This document shows, piece by piece, positions 1 through 9,107 of a stretch of 64,000 nt of DNA. The position numbers were made by a program, and so were the translations under genes. This DNA is from an uncultured Christensenella sp. (GTDB lineage Bacteria > Bacillota > Clostridia > Christensenellales > UBA1242), in contig CASDOR010000015.1 in the NCBI GenBank assembly GCA_949282135.1, positions 8,773-72,772 of the forward strand, read 5' to 3'. A model generated the notes under the pieces. The model worked only from the letters and a program-made list of their open reading frames with translations, made no database searches and was not told where the DNA came from. How positions within the stretch are numbered: position 1 is the stretch's first letter; each line of letters begins with the position of its first letter.

Positions 1-366
1 TTAGAAGCAATTTATAGTGTGATTTTAAACAATTTTGACTACCAAAATCTTGTGAAAAATGCAAAGGTTATTGCTTACTACAAAAATTTTGTTGAAAATG
101 AACAAATTAGTCTAAAAGACGTTATCTCAAACCTTGCTGAAAAAGAAAATGCAAATGAAATTTCACTAACTGATTTTTACCGCTTTTCTGCTCAAAATGA
201 CTATACTCTATCTTCAAATTATAATGAAGAAGAAAGCCAAGAACTAGACGAAGAAAACCAAAAACTAGATGAAAAAGAAAAAGCTAAAAATAGCGTCAAC
301 GAGTATTACCATAATTTCAAGGGACAAAACAAAAACAAAGACCTCGAAGAACCCCTTGCAAGATAA
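1..366 (+). CDS. 3' part of a hypothetical protein (runs in from before the window)
   Basis: Frame 1 is open from base 1 to TAA at 364-366; acidic/Lys-rich C-terminus. Confidence 0.7.
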   Translation, partial: LEAIYSVILNNFDYQNLVKNAKVIAYYKNFVENEQISLKDVISNLAEKENANEISLTDFYRFSAQNDYTLSSNYNEEESQELDEENQKLDEKEKAKNSVNEYYHNFKGQNKNKDLEEPLAR

Positions 367-397
367 TTAAAACTTCCCCCAAAACAAACACAAAGTC

Positions 398-570
398 TTA
401 GTGACATATACAAACTCAAAATCTTGGTGATATATACAAACTGAAAACTTGGTAACATATACAAGTTAAAAACTTAGTGACATATACAAGCAAAGAATTT
501 AATAACAAAAACAAACTAAAAGTTTGGTGACATATGTAAACCAAAAGCCTTAGCAAAATAAATAAATGCA
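398..570. repeat. Degenerate ~25-bp tandem repeat (TTRGTGACATATACAAACTNAAAA-like), ~6-7 copies
   Basis: Repeated units visible directly. Confidence 0.75.
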
Positions 571-866
571 AGATTTTGATAAGTTATACCTATCATTACA
601 AAACCCATAAGGCAATAAAAGCATAAAGAAAAACCACTTGCAAATAATTAAAAACCCCAACATAAAGCCTAAACATCAGTAACATAAACAAGCCTAAATT
701 TGATGATATATGTAAACCAAAAGCCCTAGCAAAATAAATAAATTCAAACTTGTGACAAATTATACTCACCATTACAGAACCTATAAGACAATAAAAAAGA
801 CCAAAAAACTCAATAATTTGTGACATATAATACTTATAAACTAGTTTTTAAAAATAATATAAACTC

Positions 867-906
867 AAAAAAGCCTCAAAGAGCTAATCTCCTTGAAGCT
901 TTTTTC
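867..906. terminator. Probable bidirectional intrinsic terminator between convergent genes
   Basis: A-tract, imperfect stem AAGCCTCAA...TTGAAGCTT, T-tract. Confidence 0.55.
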
Positions 907-977
907 TTTAACTTCTAACCACCCTTCACCTCTCGCCTTTCCTACTCCACCTCTCCCTATCTCATCCCTAACAACTT

Positions 978-3900
978 TTACTCAATAGGCACAGGCTTCC
1001 CAGTCACCTCATCATGCTTCCATTCCCCCGCCCAATACACAGGTCTATTAGAATAATTCCAACTAGAATACCACCCACTAGGCTGACTACTCGCCTCGCA
1101 ATAAATTGTGAGACTACTGCAATTATAAAATGTCTGATATCCTATACTCGTAACACTCTCTGGGATTGTAATAGAGGTGAGACTATTGCAAGAAGAAAAT
1201 GCACCCTCCCCTATACTAGTAACACTATCTGGGATTGTAATAGAGGTGAGACTTCTGCAATGCCTAAATGCCTGATATCCTATACTAGTGACTCCCTCTG
1301 GTATTGTAATACTCGTCAAACTACTGCAACTAGAAAATGCAGCAACTCCTATACTTGTGACACTATCTGGTATTTTAATAGAGGTGAGACTACTGCAATT
1401 ATAAAATGCATCATTTCCTATACTTGTGACAGTATCTGGTATTGTAATAGAGGTTAGACTCTTGCAATAATAAAATGTACAATTTCCTATACTCGTAACT
1501 CCCTCTGGTATTGTAATAGAAGTTAGACTCTCGCAATAATGAAATGCAAATTCTCCTATACTCGTAACAGTATTTGGTATTGTAATAGAGGTGAGACTAC
1601 TGCAACTCTCAAATGCAGAATTTCCTATACTTGTGACACAATTAGGTATTACAACACTAGTAATATTTGAATCATAATAGAATGCATACTCATATATCTC
1701 GTATGTATTACAATCAAAACCTGTTTCTTTATTTACCTCGTCAATACTTGGTAAGGTTAATTCTTTTTCACTACCTGTATAGCTTAGTAGATACATTATG
1801 CCATTATTGTAATAAAAAATGTAATCACCATCTACCACTTTTTGTACTAAATCTGTATCTTTGTCTGTATATACATAATCTGCATAATTACCTACAAAGC
1901 CATTATCCCAACTTCCTGCTGTTATATTTAATCCTTCACTCCCTGTTAAATCATATACCTCTACTAGTTTATAACAACCACTAAATGCAGAACTTCCTAT
2001 ACTCGTGACACTACTTGGGATTGTAATAGAGGTAAGACTACTGCAATCAGAAAATGCAGAATCTCCTATACTTGTAAGCATTGAGTTATCTCCAAAGGTT
2101 ACAGTTTTAAGACTACGGCAATCAGTAAATGCAGAATCTCCTATACTTGTAAGTTGTGAGTTATCTCCAAAGGTTACAGTTTTAAGACTACTGCAATTAT
2201 AAAATGCTTCACCTCCTATACTCGTGACACAATTAGGTATTACAACACTAGTAATATTTTTATTTTCATAGAACGCATACTCGTATATCTCATAGGTATC
2301 GCCACTAAAATCTTTAAATACCTCTTTTACTTTATCAATACTTGGTAATTTTAATTCTTTTTCACTACCTGTATAACTTAGTAGATACAGTATGTCATTA
2401 TTGTAATAAAAAATGTAATCACCATCTACCTCTTTTTGTACTAAATCAGTATCTTTGTCTGTATATACGTAATCTGCATAATAACCTACATAACCATTGT
2501 CAGTACTTCCTGCTGTTATATTTAGTCCGTCACTCCCTGTTAAATCATATACCTCTACCAGTTTATAGCAACCACTAAATGCAGAACTTCCTATACTCGT
2601 GACACTACTTGGTATTATAATAGAGGTAAGACTGCTGCAATCAGAAAATGCACCAGCTTCTATACGTGAAACAGAACTAGGTATTGTAATAGAGGTAAGA
2701 CTTTCGCAATACTTAAATACAGAATCTCCTATATTTGTGATTCCAACTGGAATTGTAATGGAGGTGAGACTTTCGCAAGAAAAAAACGCAGAATTTCCTA
2801 TACTCGTGACACTATCTGGTATTGAAATAGAGGTGAGACTACTGCACATACTAAATGCAGAATTTCCTATACTCGTGACACTATTTGGTATTGTAATTGA
2901 GGCGAGACTACTGCAAGAAGAAAATGTAGAATTTCCTATACTCGTAACTCCCTCTGGGATTGTAATTGATGTGAGACTAGTGCAAAACATAAACACCCCA
3001 TTTCCCATAGTTCTAAGGGTGCTAGGCAAAGTTATCTCTTCTATAGCTGGACTCTCAATCAAATTATACAAAGTTCCAAAAGCTTCATCCCCTATCTCTT
3101 CAAGTTTTGTATCTTCTAAATTGATTGTTTTTAAACTTGAGCAACAAGCAAATGACATCGCCCCTATACTAGTTAAATTTGAATCCACTTCAAACTCTAC
3201 ATTTGTTAAGCCTATACAACTCATAAATGCACCAATCCCAATATTCTTAACATTCTTTGGTATGGTTATTCTTTGAAGATATATATTTGCATAATCTTCT
3301 AATGCAGCTCCTCCACCTGGCAGCATAAAAATCATGTAATAAAAAAGATATTTTGAAAAAGCCCCACCTTGAATACTAATACAATCTGCGTGTATGGTGA
3401 CATTATCTGCTTTTAGGTTTGTATCAACGAGTATTGCGTGTTCATTATTTTCTGTTGGTAAATAATAACCATTTCCATATTTTACGGTGTCAAGTCTAGA
3501 ACACAACATAAATGCCTCACCGCCGACATACTCTACACTACCTGGTATGATTATATTCGTAAGAGTCGCGCATCCTGCAAATGCCCCACCCAGAATTTCT
3601 GACATCATATCAAATTTTGAATTAATAATCTTTGTACTATTTGGAATCACAACAGTTTCTATTTTTGCTATTTTAAGTTCTCCTCCTCCCGTCATTGCTG
3701 ATGACATATCACCAAACGCGTTATATGGGATGTCGACTACGTCGTGTGAGATTATTACGTTTGGAGAAGTGTTAAGTAGTGGTGCGTTTGCAAAGTCGGA
3801 GTTATGTACGTTTGGAGTTAGGAAAACTGAGTAAAGAGTAAGGTTTTCACTACTTTTTGGTACGTCGTACCAAATTGGATTATCTTCCGTTGAGACATAA

Positions 3901-4319
3901 TATCTAGAGTCGGTTTCACTAAAGATAAAGTCTGGATTCTCTGGGTCCTGTTGTGGGTCAATAAAGGAAGAGTTGGTTGAGAAGAAGTAAAACTCTCTTC
4001 CCTCACTACTTGTAATTTCATCTAGATTTGTGACTATTCCATTTTTTATCGTTGGTACTGTTCCGTCAATTCTAAATTTTGTTTTATCTTCGTTTAGAAC
4101 CACCTTAGTATTATCTGTACTAAAATTTGACCCTTCGTTTCTAGCAAAGGTTAGTATGACATTAGGACTTTCCTCTTGCACTTCATATTCAACTTTAATA
4201 TCGTTGTAATACTTTTTATTTATTGCGTCTACTACAATAAATATTGTAAGCACAGCAAAAACTCCCATTACAACAAGTAAAAGTACTGAAGTAAGTAAAT
4301 TCCTCTTTGAACTGCCCAT
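978..4319 (-). CDS. BspA-like (LRR_5/TpLRR) leucine-rich-repeat surface protein with N-terminal membrane anchor
   Basis: Many 23-aa CSSLTSITIPxSVTSIGxxAF repeats; N-terminal hydrophobic helix; start moved to MGSSKRN (ATG at 4319) to match the paralogue and upstream AAGGAG. Confidence 0.92.
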   Translation of the reverse strand: MGSSKRNLLTSVLLLVVMGVFAVLTIFIVVDAINKKYYNDIKVEYEVQEESPNVILTFARNEGSNFSTDNTKVVLNEDKTKFRIDGTVPTIKNGIVTNLDEITSSEGREFYFFSTNSSFIDPQQDPENPDFIFSETDSRYYVSTEDNPIWYDVPKSSENLTLYSVFLTPNVHNSDFANAPLLNTSPNVIISHDVVDIPYNAFGDMSSAMTGGGELKIAKIETVVIPNSTKIINSKFDMMSEILGGAFAGCATLTNIIIPGSVEYVGGEAFMLCSRLDTVKYGNGYYLPTENNEHAILVDTNLKADNVTIHADCISIQGGAFSKYLFYYMIFMLPGGGAALEDYANIYLQRITIPKNVKNIGIGAFMSCIGLTNVEFEVDSNLTSIGAMSFACCSSLKTINLEDTKLEEIGDEAFGTLYNLIESPAIEEITLPSTLRTMGNGVFMFCTSLTSITIPEGVTSIGNSTFSSCSSLASITIPNSVTSIGNSAFSMCSSLTSISIPDSVTSIGNSAFFSCESLTSITIPVGITNIGDSVFKYCESLTSITIPSSVSRIEAGAFSDCSSLTSIIIPSSVTSIGSSAFSGCYKLVEVYDLTGSDGLNITAGSTDNGYVGYYADYVYTDKDTDLVQKEVDGDYIFYYNNDILYLLSYTGSEKELKLPSIDKVKEVFKDFSGDTYEIYEYAFYENKNITSVVIPNCVTSIGGEAFYNCSSLKTVTFGDNSQLTSIGDSAFTDCRSLKTVTFGDNSMLTSIGDSAFSDCSSLTSITIPSSVTSIGSSAFSGCYKLVEVYDLTGSEGLNITAGSWDNGFVGNYADYVYTDKDTDLVQKVVDGDYIFYYNNGIMYLLSYTGSEKELTLPSIDEVNKETGFDCNTYEIYEYAFYYDSNITSVVIPNCVTSIGNSAFESCSSLTSITIPNTVTSIGEFAFHYCESLTSITIPEGVTSIGNCTFYYCKSLTSITIPDTVTSIGNDAFYNCSSLTSIKIPDSVTSIGVAAFSSCSSLTSITIPEGVTSIGYQAFRHCRSLTSITIPDSVTSIGEGAFSSCNSLTSITIPESVTSIGYQTFYNCSSLTIYCEASSQPSGWYSSWNYSNRPVYWAGEWKHDEVTGKPVPIE

Positions 4320-4701
4320 ATTCTTCTTAAACACTCCTTTATCATTAGTTTTTAAAATTTTAAAAATTTTATAACACAAGCAACTTTAAATTTTATATTA
4401 TATTTTAATAAAATCTCACATAAAAATCAATTAAATTTAAATAAAATGTGGCGAGACACAAAAAGTTTAGTTATAATATGATAAAGTACAAAAAATATAT
4501 TTAAATGAAGTATAGTAAAAAAACAAATAAATTTAAAAAAAATATGGCAAGACACAAAAAAAAGAGGGGCGGGCTTTTTTGTAAAACCGAGTATTCTATA
4601 AAAAAACAATTAAATTTAAATATAATATGTAAAATATAAATAAGCTTAAACATAATATAGCAATAATATAAATAATAAAATATGGCAAGACACAAAAAAG
4701 A

Positions 4702-4836
4702 GGGGCGGGCTTTTTTGTAAAACCGAGTATGGTTTTACAAAAAGGGGCAAGGCTAGGGAGACTTCCCTCGCCTTGCCCCATGCTTTTGTTTTCTGAGCCT
4801 AAAAAGGCAAAGAAAACAAAAGCATAAGCCCGCCCC
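4702..4836. repeat. Four-way-junction (cloverleaf) element, copy 1
   Basis: Outer stem GGGGCGGGCT/AGCCCGCCCC enclosing three hairpins; truncated duplicate at ~4565-4595. Confidence 0.85.
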
Positions 4837-4837
4837 G

Positions 4838-5070
4838 TAATAAATTAACAAATGACCTTAGAACATAAATGTAAAAGACGTCTATCTTTTTAATGGTGTG
4901 GAGCTATAACAAATTAATAAATGACCTTAGAACATAAATGTAAAAGACGTCTATATATTTAATGGTGTGGAGCCTATAACAAATTAATAAATGACCTTAG
5001 AACATAAATGTAAAAGATGTCTATCTATTTAATGGTGTGGAGCTATAACAAATTAATAAATAACCTTAGG
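4838..5070. repeat. ~70-bp tandem repeat, ~3.3 copies
   Basis: AAATGACCTTAGAACATAAATGTAAAAGAYGTCTAT...GGTGTGGAGC repeated. Confidence 0.9.
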
Positions 5071-5127
5071 CAGAACTTAAATAGCAAAATAAGACATATT
5101 AATAAATGACCTTTGGACAAGAATAGC

Positions 5128-5161
5128 AAAAAAGACTTAAACTAACTATAAGTCTTTTTTT
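5128..5161 (-). terminator. Intrinsic terminator downstream of rarA
   Basis: AAAAAAGACTTA...TAAGTCTTTTTT inverted repeat. Confidence 0.7.
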
Positions 5162-5184
5162 GTCATAAGAAATGCTTTTAAGGG

Positions 5185-6474
5185 TTATTTGTCTTTTTTA
5201 AACATAAATTTTTTACGTTTTAGGTTCTTTTCTCGCCCATTCTCGCTTGGGGTGTAATAAATTCTATCTTTTAAAATCTTTGGAAGATATTCTTGAGCGA
5301 CATATCCTCCAAAGTCATGTGGGTACAAATATCCGCCTGTTTTATCATCATTAATAGAAGGATGATTTTTTAACCTATTTGGCACAACCGCATCTCTAGT
5401 TTTTTCCGCATCTAAAAGTGCTTTATCTTTTGCTATTAAAACTGAATTTGACTTGTCCGCCTCACACGCGTAAATTATTGCATGACTGAGAGTCAGTAAA
5501 CACTCCGGTTCGCCAAGCTTTTCGGCACTATACAAACTACAGCATGCAAGAAGGAGTGCATTACTGTCCGCCATACCTATGTCCTCGCTAGCATGAGCAA
5601 TAAGCCTGCGAGCTATAATTCTTGGGTCGCAACCAGCTTTTATAAGTCTTGCAAAGTAGTAGAGTGCCGCATCGGTGTCACTTCCACGAATGCTTTTACA
5701 AAACGCAGACAAAATGTCGTAATACATAGTCGTATCTGTACTAAGAGGAAGCTTACCAATGCTGTCATATGCTATTTCTTTTGTAATATGTATTTTTTTG
5801 TCTTTACCAAGATTTGTTGTTTTAACTGCAAGTTCAAGCCCATTAAGTGCCGACCTTATGTCTCCACCGCAGGCATATGCAAAATAGTCAAGCGCATCCT
5901 TATCTACCTCAACTGGCAAATTTCCAAGTCCGCGTTCGGTGTCTGCTACCGCTTTTGTTAAAGCCAAAATTACATCTTCTTTTTCAATCCCTTTAAACTC
6001 AAACACTCGGCAACGTGATACAATAGCACGAGTCATTGACGTGTACGGATTTTCTGTTGTCGAACCTATAAATATTATGTGCCCCTCCTCCATTGCCTGA
6101 AGCACAGAATCGCTTTGTGCCTTGCTCCACCTATGGCATTCGTCTAAAAAGAGATAAGTCTTTCTATTAAACAACTCAAAGTCCTTTTTTGCCTTGTCAA
6201 TAACCGCCTTTGCCTCTGCTACCCCACTTGATACTGCGTTAAGTTTAACAATTTCGCCATTTGAAAGGTTTGCAATAATGTGTGCAAGACTTGTTTTTCC
6301 TGTCCCAGGTGGACCATAAAAAATACAACTCCCAAGCACCCCTGCACGAATTGCTCTATCAAGAAGAGAGTCTTTGTGTACAATATGTTTTTGCCCTACG
6401 AACTCCTCAAGAGTCCTAGGTCTCATTCGTTCACTCAAAGGTCTGTTTTTCTCAAAATTTGAATAGTATTCCAT
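5185..6474 (-). CDS. rarA: Replication-associated recombination protein A (RarA/MgsA AAA+ ATPase)
   Basis: PLSERMRP, GPPGTGKT, LDECHR, STTENP, KSIRGSD, SEDIG, YLYPHDF motifs. Confidence 0.97.
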   Translation of the reverse strand: MEYYSNFEKNRPLSERMRPRTLEEFVGQKHIVHKDSLLDRAIRAGVLGSCIFYGPPGTGKTSLAHIIANLSNGEIVKLNAVSSGVAEAKAVIDKAKKDFELFNRKTYLFLDECHRWSKAQSDSVLQAMEEGHIIFIGSTTENPYTSMTRAIVSRCRVFEFKGIEKEDVILALTKAVADTERGLGNLPVEVDKDALDYFAYACGGDIRSALNGLELAVKTTNLGKDKKIHITKEIAYDSIGKLPLSTDTTMYYDILSAFCKSIRGSDTDAALYYFARLIKAGCDPRIIARRLIAHASEDIGMADSNALLLACCSLYSAEKLGEPECLLTLSHAIIYACEADKSNSVLIAKDKALLDAEKTRDAVVPNRLKNHPSINDDKTGGYLYPHDFGGYVAQEYLPKILKDRIYYTPSENGREKNLKRKKFMFKKDK

Positions 6475-6481
6475 GTTTCAT

Positions 6482-6510
6482 ATCTTACCACATCCGCCCC
6501 ACTTTTGCAA
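6482..6510 (-). promoter_or_regulatory. Sigma-A-type promoter of rarA (likely leaderless)
   Basis: TTGCAA-17bp-TAAGAT with upstream TG, ending 7 nt before ATG; no SD. Confidence 0.65.
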
Positions 6511-6616
6511 GTTTTGTAATAGTATAAAATCTAGCTAAGTTTTTACAAGGCTCAAATTTTGTAGAAAAGGTGAAAGACCAAATGAAAAACAAAGAGAGTT
6601 TACTAGTATCTTAAGA

Positions 6617-6716
6617 CCCCGTGAAAGCCTCTTTCACGGGGTAAGGCGAAAAAAGCGAATGTTAAAAGCTGGCAGTTTTGAGTATACTGCCAGTTGCTAA
6701 ATTCGCTTTTTTTCGC
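6617..6716. repeat. Structured double-hairpin element, type B copy 1
   Basis: CCCCGTGAAAG/CTTTCACGGGG hairpin, then GCGAAAAAAGCGAAT...ATTCGCTTTTTTTCGC long stem. Confidence 0.7.
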
Positions 6717-6717
6717 T

Positions 6718-6814
6718 GGAGGGTGGGCATTTTTGTAAAACTCAAGTTTTACAAAAATTAGATGCTTAAAAGCATCTAGTTTTGTGCCTCCGTCACAAAA
6801 CTGCCCACCCCTCC
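6718..6814. repeat. Four-way-junction element, copy 2
   Basis: GGGTGGGCA/TGCCCACCC outer stem plus three hairpins. Confidence 0.85.
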
Positions 6815-6882
6815 TTTATAAAAAAAATAACAAAAACAAACAAAAGACCAATGAGAATCTCCGCGAAAAACAAACTCCGGGG

Positions 6883-6988
6883 TCCCCACAAAAGATGCCT
6901 TTTGTGGGGAGAGGCGGAAAAAACGAATTAAAGACAAAGGGGGTTTGCGAATAACAAACCCCCTGTCGCCATATTCGTTTTTTCCGCC
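6883..6988. repeat. Structured double-hairpin element, type B copy 2
   Basis: CCCCACAAAAG/CTTTTGTGGGG hairpin, then GGCGGAAAAAACGAAT...ATTCGTTTTTTCCGCC. Confidence 0.7.
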
Positions 6989-7043
6989 CGGACGTGCAAA
7001 TTTTGTCTTTTACTGTCATATAAGTAACTAAAGCGAGGTTTTT

Positions 7044-7742
7044 ATGATAGTTGAAAGTTTTATGTCTTTTATGAACAAGATCATGCTTTTTTCCGCTTAC
7101 GTCAACAATGCATCCAATTTTCCAAAGCCACTAAGTCCAAAAGAAGAACGAGAATGTTTTATACAAATCAAAAATGGAGATAAGCACGCAAAAGACAAAC
7201 TACTCACCCATAACCTTAGACTCGTAGTCCACGTAGCAAAAAAATACAGCGGAACAGTTGAAAGTGACGACCTAATTTCTGTTGGTTCAATAGGACTTAT
7301 AAAAGCAGTAAACACCTTTGACTATGATAAAAATACTCAATTCTCGACCTATGCGGCAAGATGCATAGAAAATGAAATATTAATGCTACTTAGAGTCAAC
7401 AAAAAGCACAATGCAGTCATATCTCTTAATGAATCTCTCGGCAAAGACAAAGACGGAAATGACGTAACCTGGCAAGACATTATACCAAGCGACGAGGATG
7501 TGTCAGAAAACGTAGAAAACGCAGTACTCAGCCAAAACCTAATAAAACTAGCAAAAGAGTCACTTTCAAATCGAGAGTTTGAAATTTTAACACTTAGATA
7601 TGGACTTGGCTCCTCCCCTGCATATACTCAGCGAGAAATTGCAAAAAAACTTAACATTTCTCGCTCCTACATAAGTAGACTTGAAAAGAAAGCTCTTGAT
7701 ATAATAAGGAACAAGGTTAAAAGAGAAAAATTTTATTTTTAA
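7044..7742 (+). CDS. sigK: Sporulation sigma factor sigma-K (pro-form, uninterrupted)
   Basis: Hydrophobic pro-peptide then FPKPLS, HNLRLVVHVAKKY, TYAARCIENEILM, TQREIAKKLNISRSYISRLEKKAL. Confidence 0.92.
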   Translation: MIVESFMSFMNKIMLFSAYVNNASNFPKPLSPKEERECFIQIKNGDKHAKDKLLTHNLRLVVHVAKKYSGTVESDDLISVGSIGLIKAVNTFDYDKNTQFSTYAARCIENEILMLLRVNKKHNAVISLNESLGKDKDGNDVTWQDIIPSDEDVSENVENAVLSQNLIKLAKESLSNREFEILTLRYGLGSSPAYTQREIAKKLNISRSYISRLEKKALDIIRNKVKREKFYF

Positions 7743-7789
7743 TTAAACTATTAAATTAATAAAAAACAAAAATTTCCGGATTTTTCCCA

Positions 7790-8292
7790 ACAAAATAAAA
7801 TAAGGAGTGTTATTCACACTCCTCTATTATACTCAAAGTGTTTGTAGGGGAAAATAAAACTAGCTCTATACTCCATTTTAGTTTCCGTTTTGGTTAGTTT
7901 CATACCTTACTCATATTTTGCGTTATTATTTTGCGGTCTACACACACAATAAAATAAGGAGTGTTATTCACACTCCTCTATTTTACTCAAAGTGTTTGTA
8001 GGGGAAAATAAAACTAGCTCTATACCCTATTCTAATTTTCGTTTTGATTAGTTTCTTCGCTTATTTTAATTTTGCGTTATTATTTTGCGGTCTACACACA
8101 CAATAAAATAAGGAGTGTTATTCACACTCCTCTATTTTACTCAAAGTGTTTGTAGGGGAAAATAAAGCTAGCTCTATACCCCTTTTTAGTTTCCGTTTTG
8201 GTGAGTTTCTTCCCTTACTCATGTTTTGCTTTATTATTTTACGCTCTACACACACAATAAAATAAGGAGTGTTATTCACACTCCTCTATTAT
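7790..8292. repeat. 154-bp tandem repeat (~3.3 units), each carrying a terminator-like hairpin AGGAGTG-ttattca-CACTCCT
   Basis: Hairpin starts at 7803, 7957, 8111, 8265; lies between convergent sigK and rnpB. Confidence 0.9.
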
Positions 8293-8294
8293 CT

Positions 8295-8877
8295 AAAGTG
8301 TAGACCGTAAGCCGGGTTCTGTTTTTGGTGGTCATCTATCTAGGTCTATTGTTGCCAATAGACTCAAGCGACACTTTTAAGAAATCTAGCGGACCGCTTT
8401 AAAACGATTTCTTTTAGTCTTGCTTCGGGTGGGGTTTACATGGCAATGACTATCACTAGCCACTCGGTGAGCTTTTACCTCGCCTTTCCACCTGAACAAA
8501 GGTTATAACCTGCCAAAGAAATAAAAAACTAAAGATAATTTAAATAATTTGTTAACTTTATCAAGTTTTAGCCCCAAAATTGTATTTCTACAACAACTGG
8601 AAAACCTCATAAAAAAGTAAAAAATAATGTTTTTAAATAAAAGGAGTCGATTCTAGTATTAAGTATAAATTCTACCAGAATAAGATATTTAATCTTCGAC
8701 AAATATCAAAAAATTGTTATAAAATGGGCAGTATAAAAAATAACCTTTGTTGTCTATTTCTGTTGCACTATCCTTAGAGTTGCCTCCACTGAAAGTTAAT
8801 CAGCACCCTGTCCTACGAAGCCCGGACTTTCCTCATACTAAGCCTCACACCTAGCATGCGACCACCCGTCTACCTTC
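8295..8877 (-). ncRNA. rnpB: RNase P RNA (type A-like) with enlarged P12
   Basis: Minus strand reads GAGGAAAGTCCGGGC...AGTGCAACAGAAA...GGTGGAAAGG...AAACCCC...GCAAG...ACAGAACCCGGCTTA; P1 GTAGAC/GTCTAC. Confidence 0.95.
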
Positions 8878-8887
8878 AGACGTAAGT

Positions 8888-8916
8888 ATTTTAGCATACA
8901 AACCACCACTTGTCAA
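8888..8916 (-). promoter_or_regulatory. Sigma-A promoter of rnpB
   Basis: TTGACA-17bp-TAAAAT just upstream of P1. Confidence 0.85.
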
Positions 8917-9107
8917 TACGTTTTCTTGAATTAAAAAAGAACTCTGTCATAACGCGGATTTTTACTTGAATTATATTTGTTTTTTATGCCAAAAACATAA
9001 AATAGCATGTTTTTTGAATAAACACGCCAAAACAAAAAATTAAAAAGAGTACTAGAAAATAAACTCAAAGTACCCTTTTAAATCAACAATAAAAAATTGT
9101 AATTTTT

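Noticed and set aside
2599-3276. Antisense ORFs over LRR genes and other long CDSs
   Set aside because: Shadow frames produced by repetitive or biased codon usage
978-4319. Diversity-generating retroelement acting on BspA repeats
   Set aside because: No reverse transcriptase in the window and no adenine-specific TR/VR pair seen
7044-7742. skin-type interruption of sigK
   Set aside because: ORF is continuous and full length
7790-8292. CRISPR array with palindromic repeat
   Set aside because: Whole 154-bp units are homologous; no unique spacers
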